Part shown: positions 1 to 8,782 of the stretch, one piece after another
Numbering within the stretch: the stretch's first letter is position 1
How the letters are laid out: each line of letters starts with the position of its first letter
Source of the DNA: a virus
Taxonomy: Duplodnaviria > Caudoviricetes
DNA: 64,000 bases
Direction: 5' to 3' (one strand)
Virus record (IMG/VR): IMGVR_UViG_3300032274_000001
Coordinates: 8,939 to 72,938 of that record
Program-made: the position numbers and the translations under genes
Notes under the pieces: model-generated
Databases searched by the model: none
The model's input: only the letters and a program-made list of their open reading frames with translations
Told to the model about the DNA's origin: nothing

Positions 1-17
1 AGCCCAACTCGCAGGAG

Positions 18-1604
18 GTGGAGGTTGCGGCCGAGTACGAGGTCGACCTTCTGGGCGACCGGCAGGAGGTGAACCCTACCAACTTCCCCTTCGGTGGGAT
101 CGGCGTGGCACTCACCGATGCGGCTATCGCGGGCTGGGCGGTGGTCACCGACATGGGCGGCAAGTACGCCCTGGGGGCGCAGACGGCTGACCTGGAAAGC
201 GAGCTGGGCAGCCCGGTGCACACCCACCAGCACAGCCACAACCACACCCTGGCGGCGCACACGCACACCGTGCCGGCGCCCACGATAGGCATCCCGACCG
301 CGACGCAGAAGAGTGCCGACGTCAGTGGCGCTGCGCGAATCACCCGGGCGGCCAACTCGCATACGCATGCAACGCCCGCCGGGACGACGTCAGGGGCGGT
401 GGAGAGCGCGACGGTGGAGTCGCAGGTGCTGGTTACCAGCCCGGGCCCGAACGACCCGCCGACCAAGTACGTGAGCTTCCGCAAGCGGGTTCAGGCGTCG
501 GCGACCATCCCGACGAATATCTGTATCGGGTACCCGAGTGCTACGGTGCCCAGCGGTTGGACTCGAGAGACGAGTTTGGACGGGTGGTGGATCCGCGGGT
601 CTGTGCCGGGCCGGGATGGGACAGCGACGGCGCCCACCTCCAGCTATGTGCCGAACGACTCCGGATCGACGCTCAACTTGGTGGACGGGTCGAAGGTGGG
701 TCTGGGTACGCGGCTCGTCATCACAGAGGGCTCGAACACGATCACGGTGGTGGTCACGGCGGTGATCGATGCGGATTCGTTCACGGTGAAGCCGGTGTGG
801 GTGGTCGGGGACGACGACGCCACTTACACCACCGGGGCTACGGTCACGCCGGCCGCAGAGGAGGCGGGCGATACGCTGGCGCAGCTCTCCCACGACCACA
901 AGGCAGCGCTTCCCGGGCACACGCACGACCTGGCGCACGCGCATGCCATCTCGGCTGGGGTTGCCGTAGGGGCCTCGAGCGGGACCGTAGACGTGACGGG
1001 CAACTCCGGGTCTCTCAAGGGTGCTGCGGCGGATGCGCATGTGCACGAGTATTACTCGACGCTGGCCTCGGCGACCCCGACCAGTCCGTCGGCGGCAGGG
1101 ACGATTGCCGCGTCGGCGACGAACCCTGCGCCGTACTCGGAGATGGTTTTCATCAAGCCGTCAGGGTCGGAGACGGACGTGCCCAGCGACGGGATGATCT
1201 TTTGGCAGGGTGCGGCCGAGGATGTCCCAAGCGAGTGGACTGTGCTCGGGACCGTAGACGGCTTGCTGGTCAAGGGTGCGGAGACGGGATTGGGGCCTGT
1301 GTCGTCCGGGGGTGGGCACTCGCATGTCGCGACGCCGGCCGCGCATGGGGCGGCTGCGCATACGCACACTGCGGTGTTCTCCAACGATGCCGTCGCTGGG
1401 TTGGACGTCTTGCCCGCAGCGGCAATCGACTACGCGACGGCGGTACCCGAGTCGGGTGTCGGCGGTGGGAGCCACCAGCACAATATGGCCAACGGTCCGA
1501 GCGACTCTGCGAATGCGACGTTGGACGCGGCATCCGGGACGGCGACGGATGTGTCGGCGGGGCTACCCCTGCACGGCAAGCTACTCGTCATCCAGCGGAG
1601 CTAG
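18..1604 (+). CDS. Tail fibre/collar-like protein, 5' partial
   Basis: Frame is open to the window edge. A/T/S/G/P-rich with repeated H-x-H motifs (HTHQHSHNHT, HSHVA, HTHTA) and repeated IFW/ICIG..VPSGW modules typical of fibre collars. Confidence 0.65.
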   Translation: MEVAAEYEVDLLGDRQEVNPTNFPFGGIGVALTDAAIAGWAVVTDMGGKYALGAQTADLESELGSPVHTHQHSHNHTLAAHTHTVPAPTIGIPTATQKSADVSGAARITRAANSHTHATPAGTTSGAVESATVESQVLVTSPGPNDPPTKYVSFRKRVQASATIPTNICIGYPSATVPSGWTRETSLDGWWIRGSVPGRDGTATAPTSSYVPNDSGSTLNLVDGSKVGLGTRLVITEGSNTITVVVTAVIDADSFTVKPVWVVGDDDATYTTGATVTPAAEEAGDTLAQLSHDHKAALPGHTHDLAHAHAISAGVAVGASSGTVDVTGNSGSLKGAAADAHVHEYYSTLASATPTSPSAAGTIAASATNPAPYSEMVFIKPSGSETDVPSDGMIFWQGAAEDVPSEWTVLGTVDGLLVKGAETGLGPVSSGGGHSHVATPAAHGAAAHTHTAVFSNDAVAGLDVLPAAAIDYATAVPESGVGGGSHQHNMANGPSDSANATLDAASGTATDVSAGLPLHGKLLVIQRS

Positions 1605-1842
1605 GCGTCACTCTCCCGTGAGGCATCTCTTTGAGGCGGATGTTATCGCGCCATGGCCAGACCAGATCGGCGACTCGGTCGGCGGACGTTGTGAGTGTTA
1701 GTCCTGGCCCGTTCCGGAACAGGACCTGGCACCCGGAAGACCAGCTGTGCGAGGGGCCGACGCGCACGGGACGAATGCCGACGATGAAATCCCGCTCTAC
1801 CGTGGTTCCGTCTGGCAGTTCGATCAGGTCGGGTTCGCTCAT
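1588..1842 (-). CDS. Hypothetical phage protein
   Basis: Compact ORF in a coupled minus-strand run. Confidence 0.5.
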   Translation of the reverse strand: MSEPDLIELPDGTTVERDFIVGIRPVRVGPSHSWSSGCQVLFRNGPGLTLTTSADRVADLVWPWRDNIRLKEMPHGRVTPSSAG

Positions 1843-2198
1843 TCCGTCACCTCGTCAAGAATGTGCATGATCATTGGTGGCTTGTCGGTGGCCAACTGGA
1901 CGTGGGGCTTCGATGAGCGAACACTAAACCATCGCCGCTTCGTGTCCGGGTAGCTGTAGGTCGGCCCTTCTGGGTGCGTGATGTAGAACAGCAGCGCCCG
2001 CTCTGGCCTGTCGGCGCAGAGGAGCTTCCACCGTCGATTCATCTCCAGATCCCAAATACGACGCGCGAGCTTCTTCCGCAGTCGCTTCCTGCCCTTTAGG
2101 GCACTAGGTCCCCACCGTCGAATCTCGTGCTCGATCGCAGGGACACCCCTCCGGGCGCGTTCGCTGAAGTCGTCTAGCCTGCCCATTCGCCAGTTCAT
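1839..2198 (-). CDS. Hypothetical phage protein
   Basis: 4-nt stop/start overlaps with both neighbours. Confidence 0.55.
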   Translation of the reverse strand: MNWRMGRLDDFSERARRGVPAIEHEIRRWGPSALKGRKRLRKKLARRIWDLEMNRRWKLLCADRPERALLFYITHPEGPTYSYPDTKRRWFSVRSSKPHVQLATDKPPMIMHILDEVTE

Positions 2199-2431
2199 CG
2201 CCGTAGCCTTTCCAACAAGGGCCGGAGCTCCGAGGCCATCAAGGCGAGGGCGTGGTCATCGGCCATACCCGCCTCGTCTTCGCCTAGAATCGCCCCCAGG
2301 AGCTTTTCCAGAGTGGGGCCCCACCGTCGCAGTAGGGCCAGGTCTGCGACGCTTAGAGCGCCATCCGGGAGCACTAGCGCGGACTTGATGTCTCCGAGGT
2401 GCTGGGCGATCTCGTCAAGGGCGTCTTTCAT
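2195..2431 (-). CDS. Hypothetical phage protein (MKDALDEIAQ...)
   Basis: Start re-assigned to ATG 2431, which overlaps the upstream stop; helical composition. Confidence 0.55.
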   Translation of the reverse strand: MKDALDEIAQHLGDIKSALVLPDGALSVADLALLRRWGPTLEKLLGAILGEDEAGMADDHALALMASELRPLLERLRR

Positions 2432-2685
2432 GGGATGTCTCCCTTGACCGTGGAGGTCAGTCGCGATGCCAGGTCCTCGAAGTCGACCGCTGGTGACGCG
2501 GGGGCAAGGACGGTGGTGTCTTGGGCCAGCAGGGCACGGATGGTGCGAAGGCGGCGTGCGTCTTCGAGTGCCCTCTCGAAGTCGATACGGATCTGGTGGT
2601 CTCCGTCGCTGTGTAGTGTGCCGGTCTTGGAGTTCCGGTGGATGGTGCAATGGGTCCACTCCGGGCCGTAGGTCTCATCGTTCAT
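2428..2685 (-). CDS. Hypothetical phage protein
   Basis: Coupled ORF in the run. Confidence 0.5.
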   Translation of the reverse strand: MNDETYGPEWTHCTIHRNSKTGTLHSDGDHQIRIDFERALEDARRLRTIRALLAQDTTVLAPASPAVDFEDLASRLTSTVKGDIP

Positions 2686-2841
2686 GTGTCGTCCTCAAGG
2701 GTGTCGAGACTTCGACGCAGAAACAGACGCCTTCATCGAGAGCGCATCGTTCCCCCTCTGCGTTGCGTGCCCATTCGCCCTGCGTCCACGTCTCCGGCGT
2801 CGCGGTCTTCTCCCTGATCGCGTCGATCAACTCGACGTAGG

Positions 2842-3165
2842 TCACTGCTCTTCCTCCATTGCATCGAGAGCGGACAACAGGTCTCGCGCCTGCCCCTGGA
2901 TGATCTGCGTTCCGTGGGGGGTTCGCCCCTGAATGCTCTTGAGGTTGTTCCCGACTCGCCGCGCTACCTCCACCACCGCTCTCAGCTTCTGCGCGTTGTT
3001 CGCGAGGAAGACGATGAACTCGGCGTTCGGAGTTGCGCCAATTCTTCCAATTTCCTCGAACGCGAGTAGGGACACGGCGTTGATCTGCGCGCTACCTCCG
3101 TCGATCTTCCACTTCCCCTGCGTCCTCTTGCCATCCAGCTCGGCGAGCTTCTCCAACCAGCTCAT
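2842..3165 (-). CDS. Ead/Ea22-like small phage protein
   Basis: LEKLAELDGKRTQGKW...NAEFIVFLAN pattern resembles Ea22-type proteins. Confidence 0.5.
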   Translation of the reverse strand: MSWLEKLAELDGKRTQGKWKIDGGSAQINAVSLLAFEEIGRIGATPNAEFIVFLANNAQKLRAVVEVARRVGNNLKSIQGRTPHGTQIIQGQARDLLSALDAMEEEQ

Positions 3166-3271
3166 CCGTCACATCCTTTCCAGTGTACCCAGCCGAACAG
3201 GAACAGCTTCAGCGGGTTCCCCATCTCCGCGCCGCGTCCGCAGTGAACGCAGCACGGCATCACGTCGTCCA

Positions 3272-3571
3272 TCACTCGTCGTTCCTGTCTTCCTCGTAGA
3301 CCACGGCCATTTCGTACGTCCACGTGTCTTCCTCAGACTTGTAGCGCGGGCTGTCGGAGTCGATCTCGTTGCGCCGGGTCGTGCGGTAAAGCGGGACATC
3401 GGCTCCGTCCAGGCACCACTCGGTCCGGACGTGGAGGCCGACTCCGTGGCCGGTCTCTCCACCATACATGCGAGTGTTTGAGGAGTACGGCTTGAGCTTG
3501 TCGTCGAACTCCGACACCAAGACGGCGACCATCGTGCGGGAAACAGGAATCCAAGACCAGTCGCGCATCAA
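3272..3571 (-). CDS. Hypothetical phage protein
   Basis: Coupled to the upstream nuclease gene. Confidence 0.5.
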   Translation of the reverse strand: MMRDWSWIPVSRTMVAVLVSEFDDKLKPYSSNTRMYGGETGHGVGLHVRTEWCLDGADVPLYRTTRRNEIDSDSPRYKSEEDTWTYEMAVVYEEDRNDE

Positions 3572-3897
3572 TTGCCCCCCTTGACAAAACCGGCCTCCGT
3601 CATGATCTCCGCGACGTCTCGGCCATCGACAAAGACGCGGGACACGATGCGCGAGAACGACATCAGGGCGCCTTCCTTTGCGGGGGCGAGGAGGATTTCT
3701 GGGCCATCGAAGGTCAGTAATTGCTCCAGCCCTTTGCTCGCCGCGGGCCCCTTGGGCGAGCGCCGTTCCGGCGCGTCAAATCCGTCGATCCGCACCTTGC
3801 GCCGAATCCAGATCTTGAACCCCAGGTCGATGTCGAACTCTGCGGTGTCGCCGTCGATCACGCGCACAAGCTCGGCGCGGTAGATGTAGGGCGTCAT
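3568..3897 (-). CDS. Thermonuclease (SNase-like) family protein
   Basis: YRAELVRVIDGDT...DLGF...VRIDGFDAPE...SRI motifs; start ATG 3897. Confidence 0.85.
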   Translation of the reverse strand: MTPYIYRAELVRVIDGDTAEFDIDLGFKIWIRRKVRIDGFDAPERRSPKGPAASKGLEQLLTFDGPEILLAPAKEGALMSFSRIVSRVFVDGRDVAEIMTEAGFVKGGN

Positions 3898-4088
3898 CTC
3901 GTTGCTCCACACGCAGTCACACACGCGGCGTAGGCTCGTGAGCACTCGATGTCCGCTTCCTTGTCCATCCATCGACTCTCGCACTTCAGGTACACCCGTT
4001 CGCAGGACTCCATGCATGCGAGTTTCTCCCCAGCGCCCGCATGGACCGGGAGCGCCAGAAGGGCAAAGAGTAGCCATGCCTGTGTCAT
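3894..4088 (-). CDS. Small secreted Cys-rich protein
   Basis: Signal peptide WLLFALLALPVHA; six Cys spaced Cx3Cx6C-x12-Cx6Cx3C. Confidence 0.65.
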   Translation of the reverse strand: MTQAWLLFALLALPVHAGAGEKLACMESCERVYLKCESRWMDKEADIECSRAYAACVTACGATR

Positions 4089-4498
4089 GCGGTCACCGTC
4101 CCGCTCGGGTTTGGTTCTCCGCGTGGCTTCTGCGCTGCGCCTTGGTCGGCGGTGTCCACCCCCGGGCCCTGCAAGTTGATGTCCTGAGTTTTCCGGTCGA
4201 AAAAGGGGTGGGAGTCGATGGCTTGGCGCAACGCACGCTCCGCGTCCATCTGCGCCCCCGAGCGGGACATCTCCTCGCCCGAGAGGACGGACTCTAGCTG
4301 AAGTAGGTAGTTGAGGGCAGCGGCCAGGAGAGCCCCGTGGGGGCCCAGTGGCTCAGGCGTCCCTTCGTGTCCCCCGGGGTGACCCAGGGGCCTGTCGCAG
4401 ATGCGCCACGGAATAGTCATGGCCTCCTTGCGGTTGAAGTAGGCCCTACAGTCTGGCCGATGATCCGCGTCGTTCATCACGTAAATCTGTTCGCTCAT
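4085..4498 (-). CDS. Hypothetical phage protein
   Basis: Start ATG 4498, coupled on both sides. Confidence 0.5.
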   Translation of the reverse strand: MSEQIYVMNDADHRPDCRAYFNRKEAMTIPWRICDRPLGHPGGHEGTPEPLGPHGALLAAALNYLLQLESVLSGEEMSRSGAQMDAERALRQAIDSHPFFDRKTQDINLQGPGVDTADQGAAQKPRGEPNPSGTVTA

Positions 4499-4680
4499 CG
4501 TTTCTCCTCGAACTTCCCGCACCACTCGGAGTTGGATACCCACGGGAACTGGCAGGTCTCGCCGCTCTCCTTAGATTGAGTGATCACGGGGGGATTGAAC
4601 CGACACTCGCCACCCTTGCTGGCTTTCCCTGCCGATGGCTCCCACGGCCTGAAAAATCGACACTTGACACAGGATTGCAT
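4495..4680 (-). CDS. Small Cys-containing phage protein
   Basis: CxxC...GECRFNPP...FP...WCG pattern common in phage mini-proteins. Confidence 0.55.
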   Translation of the reverse strand: MQSCVKCRFFRPWEPSAGKASKGGECRFNPPVITQSKESGETCQFPWVSNSEWCGKFEEKR

Positions 4681-5411
4681 CACCCCACCCCCAAGAAGTA
4701 GCGCCGCGTGCAGTTCCCTGCCGGCTGTCTGTCTGTCACTCGAAGGGTGTAGGTTCCCTTCAGCGCGTCGAACCAACGAAACGTGTAATTGGCCTCCCCG
4801 TCCTGGGCGATCTTCTCGATACGGTCGGGGCCGACGGCTGCGAATGTCACGGCGAGACACTGCGAAGGCCCGGTGCGGTCGGCGAAGTGGACCGTGAGCG
4901 TTCGTACTGGTGCGGCGAGCGTGTACGTCCATACGTGCGTTTGGTTTGGCTGCAGCACTCGCTCTGTGCCGGCCACGTGAGATGGGGCGCACGCACGGCC
5001 CAGGCACGGCCTGGGGACCTCGCCGAGGTACTCAATGGACACCGGAGGTGTCGTAGGTGTCGGACCCGCAGGCGGCTCTGTGGGCCTCGCTGACGGCCTC
5101 GGGGTGACGCACACGAATCCGTCTGGGCCGGGGATGAGATCCCCGAGGCACGGGGTATGGGTCGGCGTCGGGTGCGCGCTTGGCCTTGGCGTCGGAATGT
5201 CCTGTGAGGAGAACTTGTAGGACCCCGATCCGTGGCCCCATCGCCAAGCGCCGGCTTGCTCGCAGCCTAGCCGCTCCTGGTCTTGCGGCGGACACGTAGC
5301 CGGATCCGGTGGTGGGTTCCCGACTGCGCCGACGACGATAGCCTCGCAGAGGATCAGAAGGACTAGTGGTACCAGCGCCCCCAGTAGTCCCGAGCGGTAC
5401 AGAGTCTTCAT
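4680..5411 (-). CDS. Exported/membrane-anchored protein with Pro/Thr linker and beta-rich C-terminal domain
   Basis: N-terminal hydrophobic helix, PTPTHTP/PTPTTPP linkers, paired Cys. Confidence 0.65.
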   Translation of the reverse strand: MKTLYRSGLLGALVPLVLLILCEAIVVGAVGNPPPDPATCPPQDQERLGCEQAGAWRWGHGSGSYKFSSQDIPTPRPSAHPTPTHTPCLGDLIPGPDGFVCVTPRPSARPTEPPAGPTPTTPPVSIEYLGEVPRPCLGRACAPSHVAGTERVLQPNQTHVWTYTLAAPVRTLTVHFADRTGPSQCLAVTFAAVGPDRIEKIAQDGEANYTFRWFDALKGTYTLRVTDRQPAGNCTRRYFLGVG

Positions 5412-5432
5412 GGGTTCTTCCTTTCCGTTCCC

Positions 5433-5723
5433 TCACCACCCGCATGGTGGGAGTGCACAGTTGCCGCACATGGCGGCATTGAAGCCGGTGTCCGAGTAGA
5501 ACCACCACGAGGTGCAGGTGCACTTCCGACCGTCGACCCCGCAGGAGCAGATCTTGCAAAGTTCCCAATCGCTGAGTGCAGTCGCGGAGAAGAACCACTC
5601 GTATATGGCTCCTGTCTCGGCGTGGACCCAGCCGCCAACGGTGACGGTCGTCGGGGGTGTCGTCACCGTGTGTACGACCACGATAACGAGGATCGCGAGC
5701 AGCCCTATCCGGACCCACTGCAT
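5433..5723 (-). CDS. Membrane-anchored Cys-rich protein, paralogue of the C-terminus of the 55967-56878 LamG protein
   Basis: TM segment then LCKICSCGVDGRKCTC...CGNC, matching ICKICSCGIDGSKCFC...CGNC. Confidence 0.7.
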   Translation of the reverse strand: MQWVRIGLLAILVIVVVHTVTTPPTTVTVGGWVHAETGAIYEWFFSATALSDWELCKICSCGVDGRKCTCTSWWFYSDTGFNAAMCGNCALPPCGW

Positions 5724-5868
5724 CAGTCTGGCTCCTGGACCCGGTAGGTCTCGCACCAGTCGGGGTACCGCAGGCAATCCGAGCGCCCCTCACCGTAGGC
5801 GATCCAGAGAAAGAAGAGGAGCACGACGCCAAGGATCGCGCCCAAGACAACGGACGATTCGTCCATGG

Positions 5869-6063
5869 CTAGTTCTCCTCCTGGTCAGGAAGCACCACCT
5901 GGGCAGCCCTGAAGGCTCTCCAGCGGGCCGTAGCGCCCCGTACTAGGTCAGGGCACCCGTACCCCCCAATGAGCCTCAGTACGCGCCTGGGGCGGCCCTG
6001 GGCATCCTCCGTGGGTACCACCTCCACTTCGATGTGGTCCTCGAGGCAACGGTGGCAGTTCAT
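5869..6063 (-). CDS. Hypothetical phage protein
   Basis: CxxC start, coupled. Confidence 0.45.
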   Translation of the reverse strand: MNCHRCLEDHIEVEVVPTEDAQGRPRRVLRLIGGYGCPDLVRGATARWRAFRAAQVVLPDQEEN

Positions 6064-6389
6064 TGACCGGTCCTCGGGGCGTCGAAGGGGTCGAGGTCGG
6101 CGCTGAACAGCAGCGGCTTCAGGATGCCCCGCATGGCTGCGATGAACTCGGCAGAGTGCCAGTCGGCCAGGGCCGACTGGCGTTTGAGCCGCACGGCGGC
6201 AGTACCTCCGTCGCGGCCCTCCGAGTGCCCTGCGTCGTCACAGATCCGCAAGACTTGCAGCAGCCGAGGGGCCCACCGCTGGAGCTCGCTGCGCAACAGA
6301 TCAGTGTCGGATTCTACGGTGAGGTCGACGTCGTACTTGGGCTGAGTAGACGTGGGTGGGTCGATGGTTCCTCGGATACGGTAGCTCAT
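6060..6389 (-). CDS. Hypothetical phage protein
   Basis: Coupled ORF. Confidence 0.5.
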   Translation of the reverse strand: MSYRIRGTIDPPTSTQPKYDVDLTVESDTDLLRSELQRWAPRLLQVLRICDDAGHSEGRDGGTAAVRLKRQSALADWHSAEFIAAMRGILKPLLFSADLDPFDAPRTGQ

Positions 6390-6950
6390 CTAGTCCTCCT
6401 CTGGCTCGGGGAGTCTCTCCGGCCGGTCCGTTGGTATTGCGTTTTGGTCAGTCTGCCATTCGCCCATGGCGGCGCGCATGCAGATGGCGCGGTGCCCGAG
6501 CTCGGCCTCTAGCGACTCGTGGTAGCGCTCGGCGTAGATCTCCTGAGGGTCGAAGTCGGGGTCGCCACCTTCGGTCTCGCCCGTGCAGCGAAACACCATC
6601 GTCTCGAACTCGTGCGAAAAGGAGATGGTCTCGCGCTTCTCCTGCCCCCGGGGGTGGTAGTCGCCCACCGTCGAGACCAGCACGCGCCCGATGCGGGTAC
6701 CCATGTGATAGCTGCAACTGTGCCCGACACAGAGGTGCGTGGCGTAGCCGTAGTGGACCCACCGATAGTGGGGGACCTTAAGGACTACCCCTATCGGGGG
6801 CGCGCACGAAAAGCAGATGAGAGATACGGCGCCCCTCCACCCACGGATAGCGAAGGTGGTGCCCTCGTGGTCGGCATTGAGCCGCTGACCGCACTCGTCG
6901 CAGTTGACGGTGATCACGAGAACCGCTCCCGTATCTCCGCAGGCAGCCAA
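6390..6950 (-). CDS. Hypothetical phage protein (start uncertain)
   Basis: HLCVGHSCSYHMGTRIG..LVSTVGDY...FETMVF pattern typical of small phage proteins. Confidence 0.55.
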   Translation of the reverse strand: MAACGDTGAVLVITVNCDECGQRLNADHEGTTFAIRGWRGAVSLICFSCAPPIGVVLKVPHYRWVHYGYATHLCVGHSCSYHMGTRIGRVLVSTVGDYHPRGQEKRETISFSHEFETMVFRCTGETEGGDPDFDPQEIYAERYHESLEAELGHRAICMRAAMGEWQTDQNAIPTDRPERLPEPEED

Positions 6951-7101
6951 GGGAACGGACTACCCCACGGGTCTAGTGGCGCCCGGCAGCCGAAGCAGTA
7001 GGGCACTGGCGGATCGTCGATGGCCTGCGCATAGGTATCGTAGGTGATGCCGACTTGTTCTGGGTCCAAGGCGGTGCCGCACTCCTCACAGCGGACGGTA
7101 G

Positions 7102-7413
7102 TCACGAGAGCGTCACCTGATGCAGTTCGAGATGCCCCGCTGAGATCAGGCGCGCGAGTTTCGCGGCGTTGGTGTGATCGAGAGCGAGCCTTAACCTCCA
7201 CTCGGGACGTCTGGCGCTTGTGCAAACGACGATGTCGAACCGGGAGAGCTGGTTACTACTCGGGGCGGTGAAGTAGACCTCCACAGAACTGACATCGTCG
7301 TAGGCTGCGATCAGGGCGGTATGCCCCGCCCGGATGTACTTCGGGCCAAGCCAGTGTTCGCCGAACGCCTCTCGCTCGAAGGGAGAGAACTCCCAATCGA
7401 AGGTAGGGCTCAT
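7102..7413 (-). CDS. Hypothetical phage protein
   Basis: Start ATG 7413 overlaps the upstream stop. Confidence 0.45.
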   Translation of the reverse strand: MSPTFDWEFSPFEREAFGEHWLGPKYIRAGHTALIAAYDDVSSVEVYFTAPSSNQLSRFDIVVCTSARRPEWRLRLALDHTNAAKLARLISAGHLELHQVTLS

Positions 7414-7742
7414 GCCGCACCCCTCTCTCGCAGGAACCCAGCGAAGGCCCGGCGGGCTGCTCCGGAGTCGTGAGGTAGGCACCCGTCGATGACCCACTGC
7501 CGAAGCACGGACATCGCTGTCTCGGCCCCCTGCGCGGCCAGCTCGGCGCTACGGAAGGCAAGCACGAAGTAGCTGCGCCCTGGGGTGCTCTTGGAAGGCT
7601 GCGGCCCGACCTTTGTCTCGCTGACCCCGGCGACCTCGCACCGTACGAGCGCATGCGCGTCTCGGGTCTGCTCTCGGGTCAGGTTGCCAAACGAACAGGT
7701 CAGGGCCAGGCCGTTGGCCGATACTCCCACCGATGGAGTCAT
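7410..7742 (-). CDS. Hypothetical phage protein
   Basis: Start ATG 7742 overlaps the upstream stop. Confidence 0.45.
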   Translation of the reverse strand: MTPSVGVSANGLALTCSFGNLTREQTRDAHALVRCEVAGVSETKVGPQPSKSTPGRSYFVLAFRSAELAAQGAETAMSVLRQWVIDGCLPHDSGAARRAFAGFLRERGAA

Positions 7743-8413
7743 GGGGTGGGTTCCTCCTTGAGCCATCCGCGACTCTTCGCCACGGCTTCGATCAGAGCGA
7801 TCTTGGCGAGGCATTCCTGCGGATCGCGCCCCTCTTCGGGCTTGGAGTTTTGCCAATGGGTGATCGCGGAGGGGACGTCAGTGAACGCTCGGCACCCCGC
7901 GAAGATCCATGGCTTGTCCGAGATAGGCCGGACAGCGACGAAGCGGTAACCGCGGACGTCGACTCCGGCATCGATCAGGTTGGCGTCTCCGAGGTTGGCG
8001 TCTCCGAGGTTGGCGCCTCCGAGGTTGGCGCCTCCGAGGTAGGCGCCTCCGAGGTTGGCGCCTCTGAGGTAGGCGCCTCCGAGGTTGGCGCCTCTGAGGT
8101 TGGCGTCTCCGAGGTTGGCGCCTCCGAGGTAGGCGCCTCCGAGGTTGGCGCCTCTGAGGTAGGCGCCTCCGAGGTTGGCGCCTCTGAGGTTGGCGTCTCC
8201 GAGGTTGGCGCCTCCGAGGTTGGCGCCTCCGAGGTTGGCGCCTCCGAGGTCGGCGTCTCCGAGGTTGGCGCCTCTGAGGTTGGCGTCTCCGAGGTCGGCG
8301 CCTCTGAGGTTGGCGCGCTCGGCTACCGCAGCCGTGAGCGCTTCGCTTAGCGAGGGGTGCTCGCTGCTCCAGACGACAGCGCCAGTGTCGCGGTGCTTGA
8401 TTTCGATGGCCAC
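7739..8413 (-). CDS. Pentapeptide repeat protein
   Basis: More than 20 tandem A(N/D/Y)L(G/R)(G/D) units. Confidence 0.92.
   Translation of the reverse strand: MAIEIKHRDTGAVVWSSEHPSLSEALTAAVAERANLRGADLGDANLRGANLGDADLGGANLGGANLGGANLGDANLRGANLGGAYLRGANLGGAYLGGANLGDANLRGANLGGAYLRGANLGGAYLGGANLGGANLGDANLGDANLIDAGVDVRGYRFVAVRPISDKPWIFAGCRAFTDVPSAITHWQNSKPEEGRDPQECLAKIALIEAVAKSRGWLKEEPTP
7975..8316. repeat. 15-bp tandem repeat array encoding the pentapeptides
   Basis: Near-identical units such as CCGAGGTTGGCGCCT on the + strand. Confidence 0.9.
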
Positions 8414-8414
8414 C

Positions 8415-8726
8415 CTATACCTCCCCTGCGTACATCAGCTCATCGTAGTCGAGAGCCGCGTCGCACCACTGGCTGAAGTCGTCGTGGAGCCGCTCCATGG
8501 CATCCGCGCACAGCACGCCCAGCTCTCCATCGGAGAGCGGCACGATGTGGTCGGTGCCGGGCTCGTAGGCTTCGAGTTCGTCCAGCTCGACCTCGCCCGT
8601 GTAGTGCCGGCGGATGTCGTACCCGACTAGCGTGTAGTGGATCACGGCATCGACAAAGCGACTGCCTGACACACAGATTCCATTGGCGACGACCTCCCAG
8701 GGGGTCGTGTTCTCGATTCGTTCCAT
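8415..8726 (-). CDS. Hypothetical acidic phage protein, first gene of the leftward block
   Basis: ATG 8726 preceded by GGAGAGGAG RBS. Confidence 0.6.
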   Translation of the reverse strand: MERIENTTPWEVVANGICVSGSRFVDAVIHYTLVGYDIRRHYTGEVELDELEAYEPGTDHIVPLSDGELGVLCADAMERLHDDFSQWCDAALDYDELMYAGEV

Positions 8727-8753
8727 TGTCCGTCTCCTCTCCGGTCCGAGGCC

Positions 8754-8782
8754 AATATGCACAAGCCTGAACCCCGTGTAAA
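8754..8782 (-). promoter_or_regulatory. Candidate sigma70-type leftward promoter
   Basis: Minus strand TTTACA-17 nt-CATATT, about 28 nt upstream of the 8726 start. Confidence 0.55.

Noticed and set aside
557-1621. 354-aa same-strand alternative-frame ORF over the fibre gene
   Set aside because: Arg/Gly-rich frame shadow typical of high-GC DNA; no motifs.
5529-5560. Possible DGR template/variable repeat pair with 56718-56749
   Set aside because: Match is short, mismatches are not adenine-specific, and there is no reverse transcriptase in the window; treated as paralogy.
7733-8350. SEVGA-repeat ORF on the + strand; CRISPR-like periodicity
   Set aside because: Antisense of the pentapeptide gene; contiguous 15-bp units with no spacers.
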